A stretch of DNA of 64,000 bases, from contig CAWCFX010000004.1 of the NCBI GenBank assembly GCA_963795085.1, positions 640,001 through 704,000 on the forward strand, written 5' to 3'. Under the pieces are notes generated by a model. That model was not told the DNA's origin and searched no databases. It worked only from the letters and a program-made list of their open reading frames with translations. Positions 28,030 to 38,134 of the stretch are shown piece after piece. Position 1 is the first letter of the stretch. Each line of letters begins with the position of its first letter. This DNA is from an uncultured Gemmatimonadales bacterium. GTDB taxonomy: Bacteria; Gemmatimonadota; Gemmatimonadetes; Gemmatimonadales; GWC2-71-9. Both the position numbers and the translations under genes were made by a program.

Positions 28030-28419
28030 ATGAGCGAGGAGTCCACGACCCCGCTGGTTGGCCGGGCGCTGATCGATGCCTTCGGGAAGGGCTGGAGCCG
28101 AGGGAACATCGATGCCCTGATGGCGGTCTTTGCCCCCGAGGCGGTGTTCATCGAAACGCCCTTCTCGACGCCGCTGGCCGGCACCGAGGCGATCCGCGGA
28201 TACTGGAAGGAGATTCCCCATTACCAGTCGGAGATCACCTTCAGCAGCGGGGAGATCTACGTGGCGGGCCCATGGTTTTCCACCGAATTCAAATGTACTT
28301 TCCGGCGCCGGCGGACCGGGGAGTGGGTGGACGCCCGGGGCGCCATCTTCTGCGAGTTAGCCGGAGACCGGATCGGCGAGATGCGGATGTATTGGCACCG
28401 ATGGGGGGACAGGGGGTGA
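28030..28419 (+). CDS. NTF2/SnoaL-like protein
   Basis: IDALMAVFAPEAVF...GTEAIRGYW pattern. Confidence 0.82.
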   Translation: MSEESTTPLVGRALIDAFGKGWSRGNIDALMAVFAPEAVFIETPFSTPLAGTEAIRGYWKEIPHYQSEITFSSGEIYVAGPWFSTEFKCTFRRRRTGEWVDARGAIFCELAGDRIGEMRMYWHRWGDRG

Positions 28420-28509
28420 AGTAGGGCCAGGGGCAAGGTTCAAGACGCCCATGCTGGACCAAGCTGGTACTGACCATCATACTGCACCCGTATCCGTGTG
28501 GAGCCCCGT

Positions 28510-29256
28510 ATGCAGACCAACAGGATTGCCGTTCTCGCTGCCGCCCTGGCCCTGATGTCTTCGGCGTCGCTCCCGGCCCAGGCAGAACCCCTCGAATTGA
28601 CGGTGAGTTTTTCACCCGCCGCGAAGGCGCCCGATGTCCGGCTGGCGACCGCGGCGGATGGCTATCTGATGCTCTTCCATGTTGCGGGCGGGCGGGTGCG
28701 GGTGATGTTCCCGGGCAATCCCTCCGGATCAGCGGCGTTGCCGGCGGGGACGTACCTCCTCGAATCCCTGCAACCCGAAATGCCCTATCACATCGAATAT
28801 GGGGGTGTGATCGTCGCGGCCTGGTCCGCCCAGCCGATCCGGACCAGCGAGATGGTACGCTATGGCCACTGGGCGGTAGGCGATCTGAGCAGAAAAGCTT
28901 TCAGCCAGAGGCCCCTGACGGCGACCGCGGGTCTGGTTGAGAAATTCGGATCGGGCGAGATCGTAGTCCGGGGCGCTGAGGTTGGCCCCATAGCGGGCGC
29001 CGGTCGGCGGGCGGTCCAGCCGGCTCTGCGACAGGACCCTGACCTTGCCCGCTTCGGCTATCCGAAGCATCAGAGAGGCCGCATGTACCTGCCGCCCTGC
29101 GGGCCCGGCAGTCGTCCCGTCTCGGACGGATACGCCGATGGCTGTATCACCATTGTCAGGACGTTACCTCCTCTCCGGGTGGAGTCCCGATCTGTCCCCC
29201 CGCCTCCGCCACCCCAGCCGAGGATTGCACTTTCCGACCGGCGGCCGGCACTCTGA
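28510..29256 (+). CDS. Secreted hypothetical protein, DUF4384-like
   Basis: Signal peptide, DGYLMLF...GRVRVMFP, Pro-rich tail. Confidence 0.55.
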   Translation: MQTNRIAVLAAALALMSSASLPAQAEPLELTVSFSPAAKAPDVRLATAADGYLMLFHVAGGRVRVMFPGNPSGSAALPAGTYLLESLQPEMPYHIEYGGVIVAAWSAQPIRTSEMVRYGHWAVGDLSRKAFSQRPLTATAGLVEKFGSGEIVVRGAEVGPIAGAGRRAVQPALRQDPDLARFGYPKHQRGRMYLPPCGPGSRPVSDGYADGCITIVRTLPPLRVESRSVPPPPPPQPRIALSDRRPAL

Positions 29257-29260
29257 TGGC

Positions 29261-29728
29261 CTACGCGTCGGCCTTACGGCGGGCGTAGTCCATTCCCCAT
29301 TCCACCATCTCGGGGCTGCGCAGTCCGATCCGCATCGCCTGCTCCATGGCAGTATCCTCGTCCATGCCCAGGTCCAGGATGAAGTGGGGCAGGAGCGATC
29401 CGCCCACCCGGTTGCCGCTGGCGCAGTGGACAAAGATCTGCTTGCCCCCCGCGTTGCGGTACACCGCCAGGACCCGCTCCATGGTGGCATCGTTCAGGGT
29501 GGCCGAGGAGACGGGAACGTTGATGTATTCGAGGCCGGCTTTCTTGGCGAGCTCGGGCTCGTCAAAGGGCCGCCGTTCCATCGGGTCGCGAATATCGAGC
29601 AGGATCGCCACTCCGGCATCTTTCAGCGCTTGAATATGGGCGGCTCCGGGCTGGCCCCCACCCGTGATGGTGGGGGTCACCTGGCAGGCGTTGACGATAC
29701 CGGAAGCGGCGGCGAGCGGATTGGCCAT
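29261..29728 (-). CDS. DUF442/Cys-phosphatase (sulfurtransferase-like) protein
   Basis: GGQP, GLEYINVPV, and CX5R motif HCASGNR. Confidence 0.85.
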   Translation of the reverse strand: MANPLAAASGIVNACQVTPTITGGGQPGAAHIQALKDAGVAILLDIRDPMERRPFDEPELAKKAGLEYINVPVSSATLNDATMERVLAVYRNAGGKQIFVHCASGNRVGGSLLPHFILDLGMDEDTAMEQAMRIGLRSPEMVEWGMDYARRKADA

Positions 29729-29803
29729 AGAAGGTATTGGTGATTGGTGATGAGCCATGGGATCGTTGGTCGGCTTTCCTGACTAATCACTAATCTCCCA
29801 TCG

Positions 29804-30169
29804 CTAATTCCGGTATCCTCCGGCCACTGACCAGCCCGCCAGCACGGCCCCGATTGACAGCAGGACGCTGGCGCCGATGTAACCGGCGGCTCGCGCCCAG
29901 TGACCGTCCCGGAGCATGGCCATCGCGTCATAACTGAAGGCGGAGAAGGTGGTGAACCCGCCGCAGAAACCCACGACGATCAAGGCTCTGAGTTCCGGGC
30001 GACCGCCCGGCAGCATCAACTGCCTGACCACCAGGCCCAGCAGGAAGGATCCGGCGACATTGACGGCCAGGGTGCCCCAGGGAAAGGCGGAGAACCGTTG
30101 CAGCCAGCTGCCCACCAGGTACCGACTTACACCGCCAATGGCGCTTCCGATTGCCACGTAGAGGATCAC
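29804..30169 (-). CDS. crcB: Fluoride efflux channel Fluc/CrcB
   Basis: GGVSRY, FPWGTLAVN, GFCGGFTTFSAF; GTG start with GAGG upstream. Confidence 0.93.
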   Translation of the reverse strand: MILYVAIGSAIGGVSRYLVGSWLQRFSAFPWGTLAVNVAGSFLLGLVVRQLMLPGGRPELRALIVVGFCGGFTTFSAFSYDAMAMLRDGHWARAAGYIGASVLLSIGAVLAGWSVAGGYRN

Positions 30170-30347
30170 AAGTTGCCTCGGAGGATTTCGGCTGAACGGT
30201 AATCCGGGGGAGAGAGATGCCATAGAGCCGAGGCGCGTTGGCGATTGTCCCCCGACCGAGCGGGCCCCTTGCCCTCTGGCCCGCTTGCCCCCTTGCCCCC
30301 TTGTTACCCACCTGCCCCCGGGCCCACTGGGCCGCTAGTTTTGGCGG

Positions 30348-32120
30348 ATGCTTCGCCTTGCCATCGCCCAGACGCGTCCGCACAAAGGCGCCTACCGGGA
30401 GAATCTCCACCAGCTCGGCGCCCTGTTCCGGGAGGTCGGACGCTGGGCCGAACCGCCGGAGCTCCTGGTGACGCCGGAATCCGCGCTCACCGGGTATTTC
30501 CTGGAAGGCGGCGTACGCGAACTCGCGCTTTCCGCGGAGCAGCTGCTGGCGGACCTTGCGACGCAGCACGCCGCCTCCGGCGCGGCTCCCTTCGATATTG
30601 CCATTGGTTTCTACGAGGTCCATCGCAACCAGCTGTATAATTCCTGCCTCTACGCGTCGCTGGGAGGCTCCGACGCCGGTATCCGGCATATTCACAGGAA
30701 AGTCTTTCTTCCTACGTACGGGGTCTTCGACGAGGAGCGTTTCGTCGAGCCGGGCCGGAGCGTGGAAGCCTTTGATACCCGGTGGGGCCGGGCGGCGATG
30801 CTCATCTGCGAGGATGTCTGGCATTCGCTCACGCCCACGATAGCCGCGCTCGATGGTGCCCAGCTGATCATCGTGCCCAGTGCCACACCGGCTCGCGGCA
30901 TCGGGCCGGGAAGCGGCGATTCCCGCCCCGCCAACCTCGACCGCTGGGAGCGTCTGGCCCGCAGCGTGTCGGAAGAGCACGGAGTTTACGTCGTCGTCAC
31001 CCAGCTGGTCGGGTTCGAAGGCGGGAAGGGGTTTGCCGGCGGCTCCGTGCTCTCCGGCCCGCGCGGGGAGCTGCTCGCGAGGGGGCCCATCTTCGAGCCG
31101 GCCATCATTACTGCGACGCTCGACTTCGACGAAATCACCCGGGCCCGCGCCGACCAGCCGCTGCTGTCGGACCTGGAGGCCCGGCTGCCCCACCTGCTGG
31201 AGAGCTGGCAGAAAAGCCGGACTGATCGCCCGGCGCCTCCCCGCGATGGCGGCCAGGCCAAAGTGCCGCAAACCCGTCGCCCTATCACGCCGGCGATGAC
31301 CGAGGCGCCGCTGGCCATTGATGGCGCGCTGACCCAGCGGTGGCTGGTCGAGTTCATCAGGGACGAAATCGTCCGCGGGCGGCGGTTCGATAAGGTGGTG
31401 CTCGGGCTCTCGGGCGGGGTGGACAGTTCGCTCGTCGCATTCCTGGCTGCCGAAGCGTTGGGGCCCGAGAACGTCACCGCGGTGCGGATGCCCTACCGCA
31501 CCAGTAGCCCGGAGAGCCTGGCCCACGCGCAGCTGGTCATCGACCACCTGGGTATCGGGTCCCGCACGGTGGACATCTCCGCCGGGGTGGACGGGATCGC
31601 CACCGCCATTGGAGACTCGGTCAGCCCCGCCCGGCTCGGCAACGTGATGGCCCGGGCGCGTATGATCACCCTCTTCGACCTGTCCGCCGAACTGCAGGCG
31701 CTGCCGCTGGGGACGGGAAACAAGACCGAGCGGCTGCTGGGGTATTTCACCTGGCATGCCGACGACACCCCACCGGTCAACCCGATCGGCGATCTTTTCA
31801 AATCCCAGGTCTGGGACCTGGCGCGGCACGTCGGCGTCCCCGAGGTGATCGTTGCCAAGCCGGCCAGCGCCGACCTGATCAAGGGCCAGACTGACGAGGG
31901 CGATTTCGGCATTTCGTATCCCAAGGCCGACCAGATTCTCCACTGGCTGCTGCTGGGCTACCGGCCGGAAGAGATCCAGGCCGTGGGCTTTACGGCGGAA
32001 GAAGTCGGCCTGGTGCAAACCCGGCTCGAATCCACCCACTGGAAACGCCGGCTTCCCACTGTGGCGATGCTGAGCCAGACGGCGATCGGGGAGTATTACT
32101 TGCGGCCGGTGGACTATTAA
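30348..32120 (+). CDS. nadE: Glutamine-dependent NAD+ synthetase
   Basis: Nitrilase-type domain (PES, HRK, ICED) fused to a synthetase domain (LSGGVDS, NVMARARM, TGNKTE, PIGDLFK, KPASADL, QTDE). Confidence 0.93.
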   Translation: MLRLAIAQTRPHKGAYRENLHQLGALFREVGRWAEPPELLVTPESALTGYFLEGGVRELALSAEQLLADLATQHAASGAAPFDIAIGFYEVHRNQLYNSCLYASLGGSDAGIRHIHRKVFLPTYGVFDEERFVEPGRSVEAFDTRWGRAAMLICEDVWHSLTPTIAALDGAQLIIVPSATPARGIGPGSGDSRPANLDRWERLARSVSEEHGVYVVVTQLVGFEGGKGFAGGSVLSGPRGELLARGPIFEPAIITATLDFDEITRARADQPLLSDLEARLPHLLESWQKSRTDRPAPPRDGGQAKVPQTRRPITPAMTEAPLAIDGALTQRWLVEFIRDEIVRGRRFDKVVLGLSGGVDSSLVAFLAAEALGPENVTAVRMPYRTSSPESLAHAQLVIDHLGIGSRTVDISAGVDGIATAIGDSVSPARLGNVMARARMITLFDLSAELQALPLGTGNKTERLLGYFTWHADDTPPVNPIGDLFKSQVWDLARHVGVPEVIVAKPASADLIKGQTDEGDFGISYPKADQILHWLLLGYRPEEIQAVGFTAEEVGLVQTRLESTHWKRRLPTVAMLSQTAIGEYYLRPVDY

Positions 32121-32277
32121 GTGAGCAGTGAGAAGTGACATCTTCCGGTAACCTGGTCCCAGGCATCATGCCGATGCAATTCCATCCGGTGCTCAGGTAT
32201 CCTCCTAATTCCTGCGCCGGTCAGTGCCGGGGGGTTCCGCGTGGCGTGGTACGGCGTCTGCCCCGGAGGTCGGCGGC

Positions 32278-32745
32278 ATGATTCCCGATTCCAGGCCGAT
32301 GTCGTACTCCCGCGCCGAACTGACCCAGATGGTCATGCCCAGCATGCAGAACGTCCTGGGGGACCTGTTCGGCGGGCACCTGATGGCGATGGTGGACCAG
32401 GCCGCGGCGGTCGCGGCGATCCGGCACGCCGGCGGGCCGGCGGTTACCGCGAGCATTGACCGGGTGGATTTCCGGGAACGCATTCCGGTGGGCGCCCTGG
32501 TGACCTGCGCGGCGACGGTGGATTACGTCGGCACCTCCAGCATGTCGGTCTCGGTGGAGGTATACTCGGAGATCGTCTCGACCGGCGAGCGGAAGCACAC
32601 CCACACCGCGCACGCCGTCTTCGTCGCGATCGACCCGCACGGCAAGCCGATGAAAGTGCCCCGGCTGGTCCCGGAAACCGAAGAGGAGCAGGCCCGGTTC
32701 GAGCGGGCCCGGGTCCACCGCGAACGGATGCGCGCCCTCAAGTGA
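32278..32745 (+). CDS. Acyl-CoA thioesterase (hotdog fold, YciA-like)
   Basis: NVLGDLFGG, D-QAA, VTASID, VGTSSM, FVAID. Confidence 0.9.
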   Translation: MIPDSRPMSYSRAELTQMVMPSMQNVLGDLFGGHLMAMVDQAAAVAAIRHAGGPAVTASIDRVDFRERIPVGALVTCAATVDYVGTSSMSVSVEVYSEIVSTGERKHTHTAHAVFVAIDPHGKPMKVPRLVPETEEEQARFERARVHRERMRALK

Positions 32746-32752
32746 GCGTCCG

Positions 32753-33577
32753 GTGACCCCGCGGCGGGTGGTGCTGGTCCTGGGCGGCGGCGGCGTCAAG
32801 GCCGCGGCCCATGTCGGGGCCTGGCGGGCGATCGCCGAGGCCGGGCTGGTTCCGTCCCGCTATTGCGGGACCTCGATGGGATCGGTGATCGGCGCGGCGT
32901 TCGCGGCCGGACTCACCCCGGCGGAGATCGGCGTCCGGATGGCCGCGGTCGAGGCGACCGATGTCGCACGGCCCCGGGCGGAGGCGCAAGGCCTGTCGGA
33001 GCCGTCGCTCTTCTACCTTGAGCCGCTCCGCGCGATGATCGAACGCCTGGTGCCGGCCCGACGGTTCGCCGAGCTGCGAACTCCCCTCACCGTCACCACG
33101 GTCCACCTCGAGTCGGGGCAGCTGGTCCTGTTCGGCCAGGATGGACGCGACGTCCCCCTGGTGGATGCCCTGCTCGCCTCCTGCGCACTTCCTTTTTTCT
33201 ATCCGCCGGTGGTGATTGAGGGGAAGAACTATGTGGATGGCGGACTTCGGGGGGTGCTGCCCCTGGAGCCGGCGTCCCGCATGGCGGCGGACCTGGTCAT
33301 CGCGGTGGACACCGGCCCGGGGTTCGACGAGCCGGCTGGAGAAACTGAAACCGGGCCGGCCCTGCTCGCGGCCCACAACAGCGCCACCGGCATCCTGATG
33401 GCGGCCAACACCCGCGCGGCGGTGGACCTGTGGCGGGCCACGCCCGGCCTGCCGCCGCTGATCTACGTGCGGCCCCGGGTGGACCGCCACGTGACCTTCC
33501 GGGTAGAACTGGCTGAGAAGTATGCGGAGGAGGGATACCGCGCCGCGAAGGAGGCACTGCAGGCCGTCAGCCGATAG
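32753..33577 (+). CDS. Patatin-like phospholipase
   Basis: GGGGVK, GTSMG, DGG motifs. Confidence 0.92.
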   Translation: MTPRRVVLVLGGGGVKAAAHVGAWRAIAEAGLVPSRYCGTSMGSVIGAAFAAGLTPAEIGVRMAAVEATDVARPRAEAQGLSEPSLFYLEPLRAMIERLVPARRFAELRTPLTVTTVHLESGQLVLFGQDGRDVPLVDALLASCALPFFYPPVVIEGKNYVDGGLRGVLPLEPASRMAADLVIAVDTGPGFDEPAGETETGPALLAAHNSATGILMAANTRAAVDLWRATPGLPPLIYVRPRVDRHVTFRVELAEKYAEEGYRAAKEALQAVSR

Positions 33578-33652
33578 TCCTGCGACATCCCGCCGATTGA
33601 CGATTGCCCGAACGAGCGATAAGGTACACAATCACCTCGGGGTCTGACTGCA

Positions 33653-34060
33653 ATGCGCGCATCGGAAGTCATGGTTTCCAGTCCCATCGTCGCGGTGGCC
33701 GGCGCGCGGGCCAGCGAAGTCGCCATCCTGTTCCGGGACCGGAACGTCTCGGTGGTGCCGGTGGTGGACGATCACCGCACCCGCCGGTTCCTGGGCACCC
33801 TGAGCGACCGGGACATCGTGACCCGGTGCCTCGCCGTCGGGAAGGACCCGATGCATACCCGGGCGGATGACCTCATGCGCACCATGTCGATCGTGGTCCG
33901 GCCGGAGCAGGAGCTCGAAGGGTTCGAGCTGCGGATGGATACCGAACCGAACGAGTCGCATCTCCGCCCCACCATCACGGTGGTAGACGCCGAACACTGC
34001 GTCATCGGGTTCATCAGCCACCCGGAGCAGGTACCCGGCATCACCATCATCTGGGGCTAG
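33653..34060 (+). CDS. CBS domain protein
   Basis: VPVVDD, GTLSDRDIV, tandem CBS pattern. Confidence 0.85.
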   Translation: MRASEVMVSSPIVAVAGARASEVAILFRDRNVSVVPVVDDHRTRRFLGTLSDRDIVTRCLAVGKDPMHTRADDLMRTMSIVVRPEQELEGFELRMDTEPNESHLRPTITVVDAEHCVIGFISHPEQVPGITIIWG

Positions 34061-34062
34061 CA

Positions 34063-34485
34063 GTGGAACTCCGGATCTTCACCATCGAAGAAGCCAACAG
34101 CACCCTGCCGCTGGTCCGCCGGATCGTGGGCGACCTGCTGGAGGAATATCCCCGCTGGCGGCTGGCGGTCTCCCGGTACGAGGTTGTGAGCGGCGGGGCC
34201 CACGCCGACTGGGGCGAGACACCCGAGCTGCTGGCCGCACGGACGGCAGTCACCACCCTGGCCGAGCGGATCAATGCCTACCTGGAAGAACTGGCGGGCC
34301 TGGGCTGCGTCTTCAAAGGGTTCGAGGCCGGGTTGGTGGATTTCTATTCGCTCCGGGAGGACCGGCTGATTTTCCTCTGCTGGAGAATGGGCGAAGACCG
34401 GATCCAGTACTGGCACGAGATCGACACCGGGTTCAGCGGACGGCAACCGCTGGACCCCAGCATCCTCACCGGGACCGCGCGATGA
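34063..34485 (+). CDS. DUF2203 family protein
   Basis: FTIEEAN, GLVDF, LCWRMGE, YWH, GFSGRQP. Confidence 0.85.
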   Translation: MELRIFTIEEANSTLPLVRRIVGDLLEEYPRWRLAVSRYEVVSGGAHADWGETPELLAARTAVTTLAERINAYLEELAGLGCVFKGFEAGLVDFYSLREDRLIFLCWRMGEDRIQYWHEIDTGFSGRQPLDPSILTGTAR

Positions 34486-34940
34486 TCAAACTGATGCTGG
34501 TGCTGCATGTCCTCGGGTTCGTGGCGTGGCTCGGTGGTTCGCTGGCGAGCATGGTCACCAGCATTGCGGCCGGGGGGGAATCGCGCGAGGTGCTGGGCCC
34601 GCTGGTGCGGGTGCAGTCCAGCCTGGCGCGGGCCCTGATCGGACCCGGCGCCGGCGTGACCGTAGCGACCGGGCTGATCCTCACGTTCAAGATGTACGGG
34701 CCGTCCGCGCCGGCACCCAGCGCCTGGATGATGGTCATGCAGGGCGCCGGCATTGTTGCCGCGGTCATAGCCCTGGCATTTTGCCTCCCCACGGCGTCCC
34801 GGCTGCGCAGCCTGAACCCGGTAGGGCCCCACGCCGCGCATTTCGATGCCTTGCGTGCCCGGCAGCGCCTCACCGGCTCGGTGAGCGGCTCCCTGGGGAT
34901 TCTCGCCCTGGTCGCCGGCGTCCTCGCGCGGTTCGGCTGA
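34482..34940 (+). CDS. Hypothetical four-TM membrane protein
   Basis: LHVLGFVAWLGG start, four hydrophobic segments, ATGA coupling. Confidence 0.75.
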   Translation: MIKLMLVLHVLGFVAWLGGSLASMVTSIAAGGESREVLGPLVRVQSSLARALIGPGAGVTVATGLILTFKMYGPSAPAPSAWMMVMQGAGIVAAVIALAFCLPTASRLRSLNPVGPHAAHFDALRARQRLTGSVSGSLGILALVAGVLARFG

Positions 34941-35649
34941 CCTCGTTCTGCTCCGGCCTGGCGCGCGGCGCCGCCCTTCCTCCCTGCCGGCATACCGGGC
35001 GCACCGGACATTCTCCGCAGCGGGCCACCCGGGCGGTGCAGACCAGGGCGCCCAGTTCCATGATCGCCTGGTTGAAGGCCCAGGCCGGGTTCCCCCGCCG
35101 CGGCACCAGCCGCCTCGCGACCTCCCAGACCTGTCGGTCGGTCCCCCGGGACCGGGGTGACATGAACGCGCGGCGGATGACCCGCGCCACGTTGGTGTCC
35201 ACGGCCGGTTCGGAACGCTCGAACGCGAACGAGGCGACGGCGCCCGCGGTGTAGCGCCCGACTCCCGGAAGCCGGCGCAAGTCTTCCACTCCGGATGGCA
35301 GGGTCCCGCCCCGCTCCGCCACCACCGAGACCGCCAGCTGGTGCAGGTTGGCGGCCCGCCGATAGTACCCCAGCCCCTGCCAGGATTCGCGGACCTGGGC
35401 CGGCCTGGCCCGCGCCAGGTCGTGGATCGTCGGATACTGCGCCAGGAACCGGGGATAGTATTCCGCCACCCGGGATACCTGGGTCTGCTGGAGCATGAAC
35501 TCGGACACCACGACGTGATAAGGATCACGGGTACGCCGCCAGGGAAGATCGCGCCCGTAGCGGCGGAACCATGCCAGCAGGCGCCGGCGGAAGCGCAGGA
35601 TCTCGGGCGTAGTGCCGCGCCGATTCCCGGGGATGGACTTTGGGGGCAT
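34870..35649 (-). CDS. mutY: A/G-specific adenine glycosylase, short form lacking the C-terminal MutT-like domain
   Basis: RDLPWR, SEFMLQQT, WQGLGYY, LPGVGRYTA, VDTNV and Fe-S motif C-X6-C-X2-C-X5-C. Confidence 0.88.
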   Translation of the reverse strand: MPPKSIPGNRRGTTPEILRFRRRLLAWFRRYGRDLPWRRTRDPYHVVVSEFMLQQTQVSRVAEYYPRFLAQYPTIHDLARARPAQVRESWQGLGYYRRAANLHQLAVSVVAERGGTLPSGVEDLRRLPGVGRYTAGAVASFAFERSEPAVDTNVARVIRRAFMSPRSRGTDRQVWEVARRLVPRRGNPAWAFNQAIMELGALVCTARVARCGECPVRPVCRQGGRAAPRARPEQNEVSRTARGRRRPGRESPGSRSPSR

Positions 35650-35695
35650 GGGTGCCCAAGATACACCCCGGTTGCAACGCTTACCACGGGAGCAG

Positions 35696-36484
35696 ATGGC
35701 ATCCACGGTACTCGCGGTTCCGCGCCTGGTCGGCAAGGCCACCCTGACGTCCTTCTCGCACGTCGGGCGGCTCAGCATGATGCTGGTCGAGCTAATCCGG
35801 GGACTCAGCGAGGTGAGGATCTGGGTGCCCCGCACCATGACCGAAGCCTGGAACATCGGCGTGGGGAGCCTGCTGATCGTCCTGCTCGTCTCCGGGTTTG
35901 CCGGCGGGGTCACCGCGCTCCAGGCCGGGTACCAGTTCACCGGCACCATCCCGGTCTATTTTCTTGCCGGCGTCATCGTCGAGTCCATCGTGCTGGAACT
36001 GGGACCGGTGCTCACCGCGATGATCCTGGCCGGCCGCATCGGGGCCCGCTATGCCGCGGAGCTCGGCACCATGCGGGTGACCGAGCAGATCGACGCCCTG
36101 GAGAGCCTGGGCCGGTCGCCTGCCTCCCACCTCCTGATCCCCCGGGTGATCGCCGGGTTCGTCATGATCCCCGTGCTGGTGGTGTTCGCCAACTTCATCG
36201 GCATCCTGGCCGGGTGGAAGGCCGCCCAGCTGGTCCTGCCGCTCACCGATGCCGACTTCTACTACGGCGCCCGGACATTCTGGCGCCCCTTCGACGCCTA
36301 CTATTCGCTGATCAAGGCCTTCTGTTTCGCTGGGTCCATCACGATCATCTCGTGCTATATGGGATTCAACACCAAGCAGGGCGCCGAGGGCGTCGGCAAG
36401 GCGACGACCGGGGCGGTCGTGTACAGCTCGGTGCTGATCCTGCTGCTCGACGTGCTGCTCGCCAAGATTCTGCTCAAGCACTGA
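35696..36484 (+). CDS. mlaE: MlaE family ABC permease
   Basis: ELGPVLTA, AELGTMRVTEQIDALE, GAEGVGKATT. Confidence 0.92.
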   Translation: MASTVLAVPRLVGKATLTSFSHVGRLSMMLVELIRGLSEVRIWVPRTMTEAWNIGVGSLLIVLLVSGFAGGVTALQAGYQFTGTIPVYFLAGVIVESIVLELGPVLTAMILAGRIGARYAAELGTMRVTEQIDALESLGRSPASHLLIPRVIAGFVMIPVLVVFANFIGILAGWKAAQLVLPLTDADFYYGARTFWRPFDAYYSLIKAFCFAGSITIISCYMGFNTKQGAEGVGKATTGAVVYSSVLILLLDVLLAKILLKH

Positions 36485-36485
36485 T

Positions 36486-37238
36486 ATGATCCAGCTCAAG
36501 GATGTGCACAAGCGCTTCGGCGAACAGGTCATCCTGGACGGGGTGAATTTCGAGGTCCAGGACGGCGAGACCGTGGCGCTGCTGGGGCCCTCCGGCACCG
36601 GCAAGAGCGTGCTGCTCAAGCACATCATCGGGCTGATCCGTCCCGACCGGGGCGAGGTGGTGGTGGACGGCCGGGTGGTCAAGATGCTCAAGCGGAAGGA
36701 CCTGGCTGACCTGCGGTCCAGTATCGGCTACGTATTCCAGAACGGCGCCCTGTTCGACTCCGACGATGTGTTCGAGAACATCCGGATGGGGCTCTGCGAC
36801 GAGAAGGAATACAACGACGAGAAGTTCGCGCGGGAACGGGTGGCCGAGTGCCTGCGGCTGGTGAACCTGGCGCCGGAGACCCAGGACAAGTTCCCGTCCG
36901 AACTCTCGGGCGGCATGCGGAAACGGGTTGGCATCGCGCGGGCCATCGCGGGGAAGCCCAAGTACCTGCTCTACGACGAGCCGACCTCGGGGCTCGACCC
37001 CGTGAACTCGGACATCATCGACAGCCTGGTCAAGCGGCTGGCCGACGAGCTGGGGGTGACCAGCGTGATGGTCACCCATGACGTGCGGGGCGCCTTCCGG
37101 GTCGCCGACCGCCTTGCCCTCCTGACCGGGGGCCGGATTGAACAGGCCGGCACCCCCGACGAGTTCCTGGCCTCGAGCAACCCCAAGGTCAAGGAGTTCC
37201 TGGAGCGCGACTTCGATAACGCCAACTTCGCTGCCTGA
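36486..37238 (+). CDS. mlaF: MlaF family ABC ATPase
   Basis: GPSGTGKS, FQNGALFDS, LSGGMRKRV, YDEPTSGLDP. Confidence 0.92.
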   Translation: MIQLKDVHKRFGEQVILDGVNFEVQDGETVALLGPSGTGKSVLLKHIIGLIRPDRGEVVVDGRVVKMLKRKDLADLRSSIGYVFQNGALFDSDDVFENIRMGLCDEKEYNDEKFARERVAECLRLVNLAPETQDKFPSELSGGMRKRVGIARAIAGKPKYLLYDEPTSGLDPVNSDIIDSLVKRLADELGVTSVMVTHDVRGAFRVADRLALLTGGRIEQAGTPDEFLASSNPKVKEFLERDFDNANFAA

Positions 37239-37246
37239 AAGCCATC

Positions 37247-38134
37247 ATGGATCTTCATTACAAGCAGGAAATCACCGTCGGCGCCCTGGTTCTCGCGGCC
37301 ATCGCCCTGTTCGTGGTGGGCGCGCTCTGGCTGGGCGGAAAGTCGGTGGGCGGCTCCGGTAACCAGGCGACCATCGAGTTCAGCCAGGTGGGAAACCTCA
37401 AGGAAGGCGTGCCTGTCCTCATCTCCGGTGTGAACAAGGGGAAGGTGGACCTGATCAGGTTGATCGAGCCGGGGAGGGTCCTGGTAACCATCAGCCTGAA
37501 TCAGGACGTCGAGCCCCGCCTCGATGCCCGGGCGAAGATCATCGCCATCAGTGCCCTGGGTGACGCAGCCGTCGATTTTCATCCGGGGTCGAGCCCCGAC
37601 CGGCTGCCGGCGAACGCGCCCATCCGGGGCACCACCGAGGCCGCGCTGACCGAGCGCATGGCCCAGCTCGGTGACCGTGCCGACAGCGTGCTCCTGGGCG
37701 CCCAGCAGCTGGTGAGCCAGCGGACCGCCGACGACCTGCACGCCACGATGGTCGCCATGCAGCGAATGCTCAATACCCTGGCGGACCGGATCCCCGCCTC
37801 GACCAGCGAGGCAACCCGGACCATGGCGTCGTTCCGGCAGTTGAGCGCCCGGCTCGACTCCACCCTGGCGAGCCCGGGACTCAACCAGGGACTCGCCAAC
37901 CTGGACACCGTGACAGCCAGCCTCGCCGCGATGACGACCCAGCTGACCCGCACCAGCGCCACCCTGGACACCATGCTGGGGATGGTGACGCGCGGGGAAG
38001 GCACGCTGGGCAAGTTCGCCAGCGACAGCGGGCTCTACGTGGACATGCGGGGGACGCTGCAGTCGCTCAAGACCCTGATTGACGATATCCAGCGGAACCC
38101 GGGCCGGATCACGGTCCAGCTCAAGGTGTTCTAG
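37247..38134 (+). CDS. mlaD: MlaD/MCE family protein
   Basis: N-terminal TM, MCE domain (LKEGVPVLISGV), helical tail, GEGTLGK. Confidence 0.88.
   Translation: MDLHYKQEITVGALVLAAIALFVVGALWLGGKSVGGSGNQATIEFSQVGNLKEGVPVLISGVNKGKVDLIRLIEPGRVLVTISLNQDVEPRLDARAKIIAISALGDAAVDFHPGSSPDRLPANAPIRGTTEAALTERMAQLGDRADSVLLGAQQLVSQRTADDLHATMVAMQRMLNTLADRIPASTSEATRTMASFRQLSARLDSTLASPGLNQGLANLDTVTASLAAMTTQLTRTSATLDTMLGMVTRGEGTLGKFASDSGLYVDMRGTLQSLKTLIDDIQRNPGRITVQLKVF

Noticed and set aside
30170..30345. Canonical fluoride riboswitch upstream of crcB
   Set aside because: The conserved core sequences are not seen on either strand; only a weaker alternative structure is reported.
29928..32141. 737-aa minus-strand ORF and similar long overlapping ORFs (e.g. 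19990..22227, 26613..27977, 49618..50958)
   Set aside because: Shadow or alternative-frame ORFs over well-supported genes, expected at this GC content.
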